From: Thermogutta terrifontis
Lineage (GTDB): Bacteria > Planctomycetota > Planctomycetia > Pirellulales > Thermoguttaceae
Direction: 5' to 3'
Assembly (NCBI RefSeq): GCF_002277955.1
Contig: NZ_CP018477.1
Coordinates: forward strand, 2,003,206-2,067,205
DNA: 64,000 nucleotides
A program made the translations under genes and the position numbers. The stretch's first letter is position 1. Each line of letters starts with the position of its first letter. The notes beneath the pieces are model-generated. The model had not been told where the DNA came from and did not search any database. It saw only the letters and a list, made by a program, of their open reading frames with translations. Shown piece after piece: positions 52,201 through 61,018 of the stretch.

Positions 52201-52503
52201 CTGGACAGCATCACCTTTTCGGGGGATGCCTTCAGCCTCACCGGCCAGGGTGAAGTAGATTTGGACGGGAACCTGCGATTGATCATGCGGGCGATGCTGG
52301 GACGCCGCGAGATTCAGGTCCCCGTGGTCAAGGAGCTGTTCCGCGGCGCGAGCGAGCAGATTGTGCTTGTTCACGTGGGAGGCAACTTGAGGGAACCAAT
52401 TGTGCGGCGAGAGCCTTTCCCCGGGGTGAACGAGGCCCTCCAAAGGTTCCAACTGGGAAACAGAAGCGTTCGCGAGGGTGAGGCAATCCTCAGGGAGCGG
52501 TGA
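49246..52503 (+). CDS. AsmA/TamB-like envelope-biogenesis protein (N-terminal TM anchor + long beta-rich domain)
   Basis: N-terminal anchor (FFLKWGLAVALVAGFFFAIWLY) followed by AsmA-like pattern (RRPQVRIACGSDGQWNISRLLP). 1085 aa of repetitive beta-strand-rich sequence. Confidence 0.45.
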   Translation: MTWRQRLIREIGFFLKWGLAVALVAGFFFAIWLYKRVDDELRSEIERRCAQLCPHLRIRIRSAQLLPGEGIQLRGVRITITDLPKVTATIAEIEEIMLAGPVDYKGLLSGEVPIQRVVVRRPQVRIACGSDGQWNISRLLPLPKLAGSKHAPIHIENGMVEIVDLRGPIPTAIAYRDIQMEISGDSLPQSDGSTAGIRKFRGTMTGDYVRRIDVEGTFDSEAPCVRLAGAVDSLEFSPECQAAFPREVRRTLRPLEHLRAQLSLTFHLFWAGGSSTVVDYDVSGQIRRGRLDDPRLPYAITDIRGYFTASRDEVSLTDVTAFSGSTAFVVRSAKLLHWNLAELADLDMQINNLKFDPALLPLLPPKLQEEWPKYFPEGTVHLTLRFTSLDDQRHFHVTANLENASFAYYRFPYRLQQVQGRLELTPERLGIQLVAMAGTQPVEIRGQVLNPLTAPVTQISISGQRIALDERLVNAVLDTKSRQTLRALHLAGSADVWLGLWQDEPGGVLHRQMEATLNGCSIRYEAFPYPISDITGRIVMRDDAWSFQELRGRSGPAEISAYGTLLPQNGSSTLRLDFEAKHLPLDNELKGAFRENHIRQLWEELDPAGTVQVRGTLLYTSGEPLDVKLWASPIDRGLTLQPRSFPYRLEGIVGQLRYEAGTLSFHGLRGHHENTEFQADGSCRLSQNGGWSLDLRNLWIDRLIVDRALLMALPEALSRPLARLNIQGPLVVRGQFRLIREHDASDRGPGAEMVASASDSVGGSIPLQAAWDVVITLVQNSMGTSLVFGNLNGKILFQGQYSEGRFTADGYLALDALQVLGLPISRLRGPFRVDNEFVIFGGDWAVAESARETPMAGQPAKSRQPLTAEIFGGTLSGTGWVRLSDKFEYDVALSLLKSDFTELVREYQSNSSIIRGTLDAAVRLKGQGDDIQGLAGYGNFQLREANIYELPLMIALLKILSIRQPETTAFSESSGQFRIAGRHVYLDSITFSGDAFSLTGQGEVDLDGNLRLIMRAMLGRREIQVPVVKELFRGASEQIVLVHVGGNLREPIVRREPFPGVNEALQRFQLGNRSVREGEAILRER

Positions 52504-52681
52504 AAAGCCGACGATCTCCAGGACCTTGTTGTCCTACAGTTTGTGTTGAAACGAGCTTTGAGCAGGTGGAGTAAGCACAGGTTTGATGGGACGAGGAAGA
52601 GAGTGACAACTTCCAGAGAACGCGGCAAAGGGTTCTTCCTCCTCGGCTGTGACGGCCCGATGTCAATGAGGAGGTTGCACG

Positions 52682-53002
52682 ATGAGTGTTGGACCACTTG
52701 GCCCCATTATCTCCGCGATTGCGGGTACGCCTTTGGCCCAGGGAAAAAGTGAGACTGATACCAGTCAAGTGGTACGGGAGGGCCAGGAGAGGCGTGTGGC
52801 AGCAGATCGGCAGGCAGAAGCCGCTGCTGGAATTGGCGAGACGGATGGAGAGAATCACGAAACGGAAGAGCGCGATGCCGATGGTCGTCGTCCCTGGGAA
52901 TTGCCGCCCGTTTCGAAGAAGACAGATGAAGGCGACGATCAGAAAAAAACTCCCGCTGATCCGCACGGTGAGCTGGGACGCCTCATCGATCTGAGTGGGT
53001 GA
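52682..53002 (+). CDS. small acidic hypothetical protein (about 106 aa, predicted disordered)
   Basis: ATG preceded by a strong RBS GAGGAGG (52668-52674) with a 7-nt spacer, inside an otherwise 700-bp gap. Highly charged composition. No homology recognised. Confidence 0.3.
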   Translation: MSVGPLGPIISAIAGTPLAQGKSETDTSQVVREGQERRVAADRQAEAAAGIGETDGENHETEERDADGRRPWELPPVSKKTDEGDDQKKTPADPHGELGRLIDLSG

Positions 53003-53211
53003 CATGAGGGAGGGAAGAGATGCAGAAGAACGGAGGTGAATCTTCGCTGGCGGTGGCCGGCCGGTAGCGATGTCGCGTGATAGCATCGCCGAAACTGTTC
53101 CAATTGGCGTTCCGGCACGATTCGCGCTCGAATTCTGCTCCACTGGAATGCGACCTGCCTGTAAAATCAATGTTTGCGCGAAGGACGTCGCATGCATGAA
53201 GGAGCGGACGG

Positions 53212-54066
53212 ATGAGATTTGTGAAAATGCATGGCATTGGAAACGATTACATTTTCGTCGACTGCTTTGAACAGTCCCTTCCGGAGGCCCCCGAGGTTCT
53301 CGCACCGAAACTTTCCGACCGTCACTTTGGAATTGGCGGCGACGGCCTCATCCTGATCCTTCCCTCCGATGTGGCTGACGCGCGGATGCGAATCTTCAAC
53401 GCCGATGGTTCCGAAGCCGAAATGTGCGGCAACGGCGTGCGATGCGTCGCCAAGTACATTTACGAAAGAGGGTTGAGCCGGAAGAATCCGCTGAGAATTG
53501 AAACCGGCCGGGGCATATTGAGTCTTCAGCTCAAGATCCAAGGAGACCGGGTTACGGAAGTGACCGTCGACATGGGCGAGCCGATTCTGGAGGCCGCGCG
53601 GATTCCCACGACGTTGCCGGGAAGTCCGGTCGTTGAAGCGCCCCTAACTTTGGATGATGGAACGTCCGTCAACGTGACATGCGTGTCCATGGGCAATCCC
53701 CACTGCGTGATCTTCACCGAGGACCTTACAGACGAGACTTTCCGTCGGCTTGGCCCGATTATCGAAAAGCATCCCGCTTTTCCCCAGCGTGTCAATGTTG
53801 AGTTCGTTCGGGTTTGTTCGCCCCAACGGGTGGAGGTGAGAGTTTGGGAACGCGGATCGGGCGAAACGCTGGCCTGCGGTACCGGTGCGTGCGCCGTCTG
53901 TGTGGCGGGAGCTCTAACCGGGCGAACAGAGCGGAAAATCACGGTTCGGCTTCCCGGGGGCGAACTAATCACGGAATGGGCACCGTCGGGAAGTGTGTTC
54001 ATGACAGGGCCGGCAACCACCGTTTTCACCGGCGAATGGCCGGCCGAAATTGAGCCGGCGCGATAA
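53212..54066 (+). CDS. dapF: diaminopimelate epimerase
   Basis: [18 protein letters not shown]-terminus. Catalytic Cys motifs ([17 protein letters not shown]). Confidence 0.9.
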   Translation: MRFVKMHGIGNDYIFVDCFEQSLPEAPEVLAPKLSDRHFGIGGDGLILILPSDVADARMRIFNADGSEAEMCGNGVRCVAKYIYERGLSRKNPLRIETGRGILSLQLKIQGDRVTEVTVDMGEPILEAARIPTTLPGSPVVEAPLTLDDGTSVNVTCVSMGNPHCVIFTEDLTDETFRRLGPIIEKHPAFPQRVNVEFVRVCSPQRVEVRVWERGSGETLACGTGACAVCVAGALTGRTERKITVRLPGGELITEWAPSGSVFMTGPATTVFTGEWPAEIEPAR

Positions 54067-54071
54067 ACGCC

Positions 54072-54872
54072 ATGGCGGAGCCAGCTAAGCTTTCTATGGA
54101 CGGATCGCCGAAATGGCCAGTGAGGGCAGCAGCCCGTGTCACAGCGCTGTTCCTCCGTACGTGGATGAGTACATTGAACTACCGGGTCTGTTATGAGGAT
54201 CGGAGTATCGACCCGGTATATCCGGAATGTGTGGGTCCAAAACTCTATCTGTTTTGGCACGAATATATTTTATTTCCGCTTTATTTACGTGGGCATTGTT
54301 ACCTGACAATGCTTGTGTCCCGGCACAGAGACGCGAATTTGTTGACCGAAGTGGCCAGGGTCTTGGGGTTTGATTTCGTTCGGGGTTCAAGCCGCCGGGG
54401 GGGCGATCAGGCCCTTCGACAATTAATCGAGATTGGGCGGTGCCGGCATCTTACGATTACGCCCGACGGTCCCCGCGGACCCCGCCGCCATATGGCACCG
54501 GGTGCCGTTTACGTGGCCTCTCGATTGGGTGTACCGATTGTGCTGATGGGGTTCGGGTATCACAGGCCGTGGCGGTTGAACAGTTGGGATCGGTTCGCCA
54601 TTCCGCGGCCATTTTCAAGAGCCCGTGCAATCACCAGCGCTCCCATCACGATTCCTCAGGACCTGGACCGAGAAGGCATTGAGTATTATCGCCAAATGCT
54701 GGAGAGCCGCTTGAATGGGCTGACGGAAGAGGCGGAGAAATGGGCTGAAAGTGGCCTTGCGCGTGAGAACGAGACGGCCTTATTCAAAGCCCGGGCCGCT
54801 CATCCGCCGTGGGAATGTCATCCAGAAGGCCATGAAATAGGGTTGAAACTGGTAAATCGCGCGGCATGCTAG
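54072..54872 (+). CDS. DUF374-family lysophospholipid-acyltransferase-like protein
   Basis: DUF374 hallmarks (FWHEY, MLVSRHRDANLL, RGSSRRGGDQALRQL, ITPDGPRGP). Confidence 0.65.
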   Translation: MAEPAKLSMDGSPKWPVRAAARVTALFLRTWMSTLNYRVCYEDRSIDPVYPECVGPKLYLFWHEYILFPLYLRGHCYLTMLVSRHRDANLLTEVARVLGFDFVRGSSRRGGDQALRQLIEIGRCRHLTITPDGPRGPRRHMAPGAVYVASRLGVPIVLMGFGYHRPWRLNSWDRFAIPRPFSRARAITSAPITIPQDLDREGIEYYRQMLESRLNGLTEEAEKWAESGLARENETALFKARAAHPPWECHPEGHEIGLKLVNRAAC

Positions 54873-54966
54873 CCGAGGAGTGGTGATTGATAGTCTTCCA
54901 GAAAGCTGTATGGATCTTGATTGATTATCAAAATCCCGCGGAATTGTCCGGGCTGTAGCGCTCTCA

Positions 54967-56259
54967 TTGTATTACCGGATGTCTATGTCAGACGAATATG
55001 TTTTTCAATCGGTGTTATTTGAAAACCGCTCGCATGTTTTCACGGTGTCTGAGCTTACAATTCTTATTAAAGAGGTTCTGGAAAACATCTTCCCCAGTGT
55101 AGCTGTTATCGGCGAAGTAGCCGATTTGTCTGTGGCTAGATCAGGCCATTGTTATCTGACACTCAAAGACGAGGGGGCACAATTGCCAGCGGTCATCTGG
55201 CGATCGTACCGCGAACGACTCACATTTGATCTGCACGATGGCTTGCAGGTGTTGTGTCGTGGAAGGCTGGAAGTTTACCCACCCCATGGACGGTATCAAC
55301 TGATTGTGGAGGAAATTGAGCCGAGCGGCTGGGGGGCCAAGGAGCTAGCCCTGCGACGGCTCAAGGAACGGTTGGCACGCGAAGGACTGTTTGATGCGGC
55401 CAGGAAGCGCCCCCTGCCCCGCTGGCCGCGTCGAATCGGCGTGATCACAAGTCCCACAGGTGCGGCGATTCACGACTTTCTCACGGCCCTGCGCGAACGC
55501 TTTCGCGCGGTTGATGTGCTCATCATTCCTGTGAAGGTTCAGGGGGAAGGAGCTGCTGAAGAGATCACGCAGGCATTCCAATGGCTGGAAAAATATGATT
55601 GGAATCTGGATGTGATTGTCCTGACCCGCGGCGGAGGAAGTATTGAGGACCTTTGGGCATTCAATGAGGAGAGTGTGGTTCGGGCGGTTGCGAGTTCAAG
55701 GATTCCGGTGGTGTCTGCAGTGGGGCATGAAATAGACGTGACGCTGGCCGACCTGGCGGCGGACGTACGAGCACTGACACCCACTGACGCCGCCTCCAAA
55801 GTGGTGCCCTCCCAGGAAGAGTTGGAAGCCGTCCTGGCGGGGTATGCAATGCGGCTTCGGGCTCATCTTGATCTGCGGCTGAAGGCGGTACGGCCCCACC
55901 TTGACGCGATGGCCTCCCGGCCCGTGTTCCGCTTTCCGAAAGATTTGGTCTATACTCGCAGCCAGGAGGTGGATGAATGGGAACGGCGCCTGGAGCACGC
56001 TGGCGACCGGTTTCTGGAGCGGAGCCGTATGGTGCTCACCACGATGGCGGCGCGACTGGAATCGCTGAGTCCCCTGGGGGTGCTTTCTCGGGGATACTCA
56101 ATGACGTTGACGCACCCCGAAGGACGTGTTGTCCGAGAGGCCGCGTCACTTTCTCCAGGGACGATGGTACAGACTCGCCTGCACCAGGGAAGCTTTCTCA
56201 GTCGTGTCGAAGAAGTACACGGAGATGGTGAACCCGTCCATCCAGACCAACGAATATGA
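54967..56259 (+). CDS. xseA: exodeoxyribonuclease VII large subunit
   Basis: OB-fold N-terminus (VSELTILIKEVLENIFPSVAVIGEVADL, GHCYLTLKDEGAQL) and catalytic core (VITSPTGAAIHDF, VLTRGGGSIEDLWAFNEE). Unlinked to xseB in this window. Confidence 0.85.
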   Translation: MYYRMSMSDEYVFQSVLFENRSHVFTVSELTILIKEVLENIFPSVAVIGEVADLSVARSGHCYLTLKDEGAQLPAVIWRSYRERLTFDLHDGLQVLCRGRLEVYPPHGRYQLIVEEIEPSGWGAKELALRRLKERLAREGLFDAARKRPLPRWPRRIGVITSPTGAAIHDFLTALRERFRAVDVLIIPVKVQGEGAAEEITQAFQWLEKYDWNLDVIVLTRGGGSIEDLWAFNEESVVRAVASSRIPVVSAVGHEIDVTLADLAADVRALTPTDAASKVVPSQEELEAVLAGYAMRLRAHLDLRLKAVRPHLDAMASRPVFRFPKDLVYTRSQEVDEWERRLEHAGDRFLERSRMVLTTMAARLESLSPLGVLSRGYSMTLTHPEGRVVREAASLSPGTMVQTRLHQGSFLSRVEEVHGDGEPVHPDQRI

Positions 56260-56452
56260 TGCAACGGGCCCAGAATGTTCCATGTGTTCGGAACGTTGTC
56301 CGGACCAACGCGGTGGTTACGACGGGGTGATCACAAGGTCCATAGGCGTTGGGTAGGATAGGCGACGATTGAGGCGGTATCGGAGTTGGTCATCGACAGA
56401 CGTCGCGCTTGTTTTGAGAAGGCACGCGTCAAAGCTTTGCAGAGCGGTCAAC

Positions 56453-57475
56453 ATGCAGCAAACGCTTCTCCGTCTAGGCACTCAGATAGAGAACCGCTTG
56501 CCAACGGGTCTTTTGGGCTTGTTTGGAGCGTTGATCTTCTGCGCCGTTGTTTTGGACTCGAGTTCGATTCGAGCAGCCCCACAACAACAGCGGAGTGGCT
56601 TCCTGGTGGGGTTCGAGGCGGCACCGTTTTTGCCACTCCCTGAACCCGGACCTCCGTCCGCCCAGGTGAAGGAAGGTCTGGGTGAATCGCGTGAAAAAAC
56701 TGTTCAAAAAGACCAAACGACAGCGCAGCCGCAACAACCCGAGGTCGCGGAATCTAAAGCTGTTAAGAAAGACGCCGGACTGCCATCGCAGCAGTCTTCC
56801 TTCGGTGTATGGGAAATCATCAAAGCAGGCGGGACGGTGGGGTTCATCATCATCGGCCTCTCCCTGGTGGCTGGTGCCCTGGTTGTCGAGCAGCTCATCA
56901 CGCTTCGTAAATCGGTGCTTATGCCCCCGGAGGTCGTGAGCCAACTGGGTCAGGCGATGGCCGCTCGCGATTCAAAGGGACTGATGGCCACTTGTGAAGC
57001 CCATCCGTGCGTCTTCACAGATGTACTGAAGGCCGGGCTGGCTGAGTGGGAAGGTGGATGGCACCAAGTGGAAAAAGCGCTGGAGGATGCCCTTACGGAA
57101 TACACCGCCAAACTTCTCCGCAAAGTGGAGTATTTGTCTGTGATCGGTAACCTGGCGCCGATGCTGGGGCTGTTGGGAACGGTGGTGGGTATGATCCTGG
57201 CGTTTAAAACAGTGGCCGAGACTCAGGGGGCAGCACGGGCCGCCGATTTGGCACAGGCGATTTATCTGGCCCTTGTGACGACCGTGGAGGGGTTGATCGT
57301 CGCCATCCCCTCGCTTGCCGCCTACGCCTATTTTCGCAATCGCGTGGATGAATTGATGGCAGAAGTGGCCGTTACCCTGCAACAACTTTTGGCACCGTTG
57401 CGGCGGCGGCGTGTGGCCGCAAAGCCTCCTGTCAGTTCCTCGGGAGCACCACCGTCTGGAAGTGTCCGCGGATGA
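56453..57475 (+). CDS. MotA/TolQ/ExbB-family proton-channel protein (with N-terminal signal peptide and periplasmic extension)
   Basis: ExbB core (LSVIGNLAPMLGLLGTVVGMILAF ... AIYLALVTTVEGLIVAIPSLAAYAYF). Start taken at ATG 56453 (MQQTLLRLG... hydrophobic signal). The track ORF starts at 56369. Confidence 0.8.
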   Translation: MQQTLLRLGTQIENRLPTGLLGLFGALIFCAVVLDSSSIRAAPQQQRSGFLVGFEAAPFLPLPEPGPPSAQVKEGLGESREKTVQKDQTTAQPQQPEVAESKAVKKDAGLPSQQSSFGVWEIIKAGGTVGFIIIGLSLVAGALVVEQLITLRKSVLMPPEVVSQLGQAMAARDSKGLMATCEAHPCVFTDVLKAGLAEWEGGWHQVEKALEDALTEYTAKLLRKVEYLSVIGNLAPMLGLLGTVVGMILAFKTVAETQGAARAADLAQAIYLALVTTVEGLIVAIPSLAAYAYFRNRVDELMAEVAVTLQQLLAPLRRRRVAAKPPVSSSGAPPSGSVRG

Positions 57476-57897
57476 GAGCGAGCGTTCATCCGGTCAGATT
57501 GCCCGTGAAGTTGAATCTCACGCCGATGATCGACGTGACGTTTCAGCTAATTTTGTTTTTTTTGCTTGCCGGACACTTGGCTCAACAGGAAAGCGCCGTG
57601 GATCTGGATCTGCCGGTGGCACAAACCGGCCACAAAGCGATGGAGAGTCCCACGCGACGACTTGTCATCAATGTGGCCCAAGATGGAACCCTCATCGTTG
57701 GTGGTGAGATGATTGATCTCGAACGGTTGGGCCAGATTCTCTCAGCGGATCGGAAGACGAGCGAATCCCTGGAAGTGCGGATTCGAACTGATCGCCGGAC
57801 ACCTTACGGCAAGATCGCACCCCTTCTCATTCGCTGCACGGAGAGCGGGATCTGGAATGTTTCCTTTGCAGTTATCGGTGAAGAGACATCCCCTTAA
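57472..57897 (+). CDS. ExbD/TolR-family biopolymer transport protein
   Basis: LTPMIDVTFQLILFFLLAG motif (conserved Asp in TM). Start overlaps the exbB stop by 4 nt. Confidence 0.8.
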   Translation: MRASVHPVRLPVKLNLTPMIDVTFQLILFFLLAGHLAQQESAVDLDLPVAQTGHKAMESPTRRLVINVAQDGTLIVGGEMIDLERLGQILSADRKTSESLEVRIRTDRRTPYGKIAPLLIRCTESGIWNVSFAVIGEETSP

Positions 57898-57933
57898 AGG
57901 CTCCAGAAGATTGATCGTGAGTCAGGGTGCGTC

Positions 57934-58377
57934 ATGAGACGGCAATCAGTGTTGAACCAGAAACAGGACCTGGATTTGCCGATGACGCCAATGATTGACG
58001 TCGTCTTTCAGTTGATTATCTTCTTCCTCTGCACAACCCGATTTACACCGCTTGAGCAAGTCCTGCCAACCCCACTCGATGAGTCCGGCGGCTCGCGAAG
58101 AGTGGAGTCGCCTCCACCAGAAGTTGTGAATCTGACGGAAGTTGTCATCAAGCTGGCTGATGGTCAGCCGGTCAGGATCACTCTTAATGGTCGGCAGGTG
58201 AGCGATTTCGACGAACTCGGGATGACGCTTCAGGCTGTTGCACGTGTTCGCGTGGATGTTCCCGTGGTTATCGATGCAGGCTTTGCAGTTCCAATGCAGG
58301 ACGTCGTCCAGGCATATGATCTCTGCCGGAAGGTTGGTTTCCAGAAGATCCATCTTGCGGCTCCGCCACGTCCATGA
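57934..58377 (+). CDS. ExbD/TolR-family biopolymer transport protein (second copy)
   Basis: MTPMIDVVFQLIIFFLCT motif. Stop overlaps the start of the downstream TPR gene by 4 nt (ATGA). Confidence 0.8.
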   Translation: MRRQSVLNQKQDLDLPMTPMIDVVFQLIIFFLCTTRFTPLEQVLPTPLDESGGSRRVESPPPEVVNLTEVVIKLADGQPVRITLNGRQVSDFDELGMTLQAVARVRVDVPVVIDAGFAVPMQDVVQAYDLCRKVGFQKIHLAAPPRP

Positions 58378-61016
58378 AACGGTTGTTGGCTTTCTTGGTT
58401 ATTCTGTTGGAGTTGGGCCTGGTGCCGTTAGAGGGCACGGCAGATGTTACTGAAGACCTGCGGTTCATTCAATCGTTGCGGTCTCGTCGTCTCTTTCGGC
58501 TGGCCGAGTATCAGTGTGAGCTCGCGTTGCAGCGGCCGGGCTTAAGTACCGGTGACAAGGCAGTACTCACCGTCCAGTTTCTGGAAACGCTCAATGAACA
58601 CGCCCTTTATGCCGAAGTTGGCCGGCGGACAGCCTGCTGGCAACGGGCTCAGGAATTGACCAGCAGCTTCGAGAAAGATCACGAAGAGACCGATGGGAGC
58701 CTCGTCGTGCGCCTGTCGGGCGTGAAAGTTCTCGTGGAGCAGGGAAAAATCCTGCGGGAGGAGGCCGAGTTGACTCTTCTGGCCACACGTTCTTCGTCCT
58801 CGCTGTGGGATGAGATGATGAAGCCGTCGCGCACAGTTCTCCGGAAGGCTGGAGAGCAACTGAAGGCCCTCCGCGATGAAATCGCGCGATCACTCAGGCG
58901 CGCGCAAAAAGTGACGGAGACTGACGGCCTTCCACTTGGCGAGCAACAGCTTCTGAGCCTCGAAAAACAGGCCCAATTCTGGACAGCGCTTGCCGCATGT
59001 GAACTGGCACGGACCTATCCTGCTGGGTCGGAAGATTATCTGGCTATGCTCAATGATGCGGCGAGCAACCTCCGGGGCCTCAGTGAACTGCCGCTTGACC
59101 ATCCTCTCGGCTTTCCCGCCCGGCTCTATTATGCGGATGTCAATCGACTGCTCGGCCAGAAGGAAGCGGCATGGAAAATCCTCGCCGGTCTCGATGATGA
59201 GCAACTCTCCAAAGATCGACAACAAGAACTCCTTGCGGGTCGGTTGCAATGGGCCACCACTTTTGAAGAAGAACAACTGGCCAAAACGCTGTTTGAAAGG
59301 GCCATGACAGTTGAGGTTTCACTTTCGCCACCTTTGGCTTTCGCGATGCTCGAAACCGCTACCTGGTTTTGGAAAAAAGCAGGGGAAAAAGGCGACAAAA
59401 GTTCTGAGGAGTGGGAGGTCCAGATCAAAAAGCTGGTGGAAGTCCTCAGACAGAGCGGCTCGACGTATTGGACCCACCGGGGAGAACTCCTCGTGGCGCA
59501 TGCCGCGTCGGCAAGTGCAAGCGCAAACAGCACAACTCTGGATCTTTATGTGGCGGAGAACGCTTATCGAGCTGGAAGGTGGCAAGAGGCCATCGAGGCT
59601 TATGACCGTGTTGCTCAAACAGCAAAAAAAGCCGGGCAGGAGGATGTGGCCTTTCAGTGCAGTTGGGCTGCTGCGGCCATTGCCCAACAACAGTCGCTGC
59701 ATCAGGAAGCGTGGCAGCGGTTCAACACGCTTGCCCAGGAGTTTCCCCACCAGGCGAAGGCGTCCCAAGCTGCGTTTCTGGCGCTGGTCAATCTTGGCCA
59801 ACTGGTAGCAAAAGACGAGAAAGCATACCTCGCTCTTTACGAACGAGAACTCCGCGCGTATCTCGATCGATTCCCCCGGGGGAAAGAGGCGTATCTCGTG
59901 CGATTCCGCCTGGCGCAACTCCTTGAGTATCAATCCCGGATACAAGAGGCCGTTGGCATGTACCTGGACACCCTGGAGCAATTGCCTGCCGACCAAGGCG
60001 GAGAAACGAGTGGTAGTTCTCAGCAGGGGGATAGTACGAGTGACCTGCTGCAGGAGACCAAACGAGAAGAGGTGCTTGAAAAAGTCTTCCTGGGGCTCGA
60101 TCGGTGCCTGTCCGTTCTCTGCGCGGGGACAAGGCAGGATTTCTCCGCGGAGGCTCGCCAGGTTGCGCAGCGTCTTCATGCCTGGAGTATCGTCGGGAAC
60201 GGGGATCGCACGGATCAGCGCTATCGACTCATGGCCGAGGAGCGCGCCATCCGACTGATGCTGTGGGAATGCGGTGATCCCGTATTCGCGGAAAAAATTC
60301 TCCTAACACGGTTCCCCGATCCAGATCATTTTTGGAAAGAATTCCGAACGCTAAGCAATGACGTCTCAAGCACATCCGGGTGGATAACCCTCTGGCTGGA
60401 GGTCATGGCTCAATTGGGGCGAGAAAGAGAGGCACAGTATTGGTGCGAACAACTTCGCCATCTGGAGTTTGATGTTCGCTGGGAATGGGCGAGCGGCGTC
60501 ACCGAGAAACTCTCCCAGGCAAAACCGAATCGAGCTCAGGCGATCGCCCGATGGGTTGTGGCAGCGGTCCCGGACTTTGTCCAGCAATACGCGACACATC
60601 CCCAAGATTGGAAGGTCCAAGCCGGTTTGAAGTATGCCCGGCTGCTCGTGATGGCAAACCTCCATGAGGACTCGCTGGGCTGGATGCGCCGCCTGGCGCA
60701 GGAATTTCCTGAACATGGTGAAATTCAGGAAAACCTTGCGCTTCTTTTGGCTTATTCGGACGACGTTTTGCTACGGAACGAATCTCTCCAGAAATTTCAG
60801 GAAATTGCTCGGCGAACGCCGGAGGGATCTCCTCGGTGGTTTCGGGCAAAGTATATGACGGCCTGGTTGCTCCACAATTTAGGGAGAACACGCGATGCCT
60901 GGGAGATGCTGAGTCTGCTTGAAACTCTCCACCCTGACCTGGGAGGAGAGCCCCTGAGGGGGAAAATCTTGTCCCTGAAAGACGAATGCCAGAGACATTC
61001 GCCGCAAGACAGATAA
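58374..61016 (+). CDS. secreted TPR-like/alpha-solenoid protein (880 aa) translationally coupled to exbB-exbD-exbD
   Basis: Signal peptide/anchor (MKRLLAFLVILLELGLVPLEGTA). Remainder all-alpha with repeated helical-hairpin (TPR-like) periodicity. No TonB C-terminal domain and no Pro-rich TonB spacer. Confidence 0.45.
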   Translation: MKRLLAFLVILLELGLVPLEGTADVTEDLRFIQSLRSRRLFRLAEYQCELALQRPGLSTGDKAVLTVQFLETLNEHALYAEVGRRTACWQRAQELTSSFEKDHEETDGSLVVRLSGVKVLVEQGKILREEAELTLLATRSSSSLWDEMMKPSRTVLRKAGEQLKALRDEIARSLRRAQKVTETDGLPLGEQQLLSLEKQAQFWTALAACELARTYPAGSEDYLAMLNDAASNLRGLSELPLDHPLGFPARLYYADVNRLLGQKEAAWKILAGLDDEQLSKDRQQELLAGRLQWATTFEEEQLAKTLFERAMTVEVSLSPPLAFAMLETATWFWKKAGEKGDKSSEEWEVQIKKLVEVLRQSGSTYWTHRGELLVAHAASASASANSTTLDLYVAENAYRAGRWQEAIEAYDRVAQTAKKAGQEDVAFQCSWAAAAIAQQQSLHQEAWQRFNTLAQEFPHQAKASQAAFLALVNLGQLVAKDEKAYLALYERELRAYLDRFPRGKEAYLVRFRLAQLLEYQSRIQEAVGMYLDTLEQLPADQGGETSGSSQQGDSTSDLLQETKREEVLEKVFLGLDRCLSVLCAGTRQDFSAEARQVAQRLHAWSIVGNGDRTDQRYRLMAEERAIRLMLWECGDPVFAEKILLTRFPDPDHFWKEFRTLSNDVSSTSGWITLWLEVMAQLGREREAQYWCEQLRHLEFDVRWEWASGVTEKLSQAKPNRAQAIARWVVAAVPDFVQQYATHPQDWKVQAGLKYARLLVMANLHEDSLGWMRRLAQEFPEHGEIQENLALLLAYSDDVLLRNESLQKFQEIARRTPEGSPRWFRAKYMTAWLLHNLGRTRDAWEMLSLLETLHPDLGGEPLRGKILSLKDECQRHSPQDR

Positions 61017-61018
61017 AA

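Noticed and set aside
52490-53305. 271-codon minus-strand ORF spanning the AsmA-dapF spacer and overlapping the dapF start
   Set aside because: The sequence is low-complexity (Ser/Leu/Arg-rich), has no RBS, and overlaps the well-supported dapF start. The RBS-led plus-strand small ORF is the better candidate.
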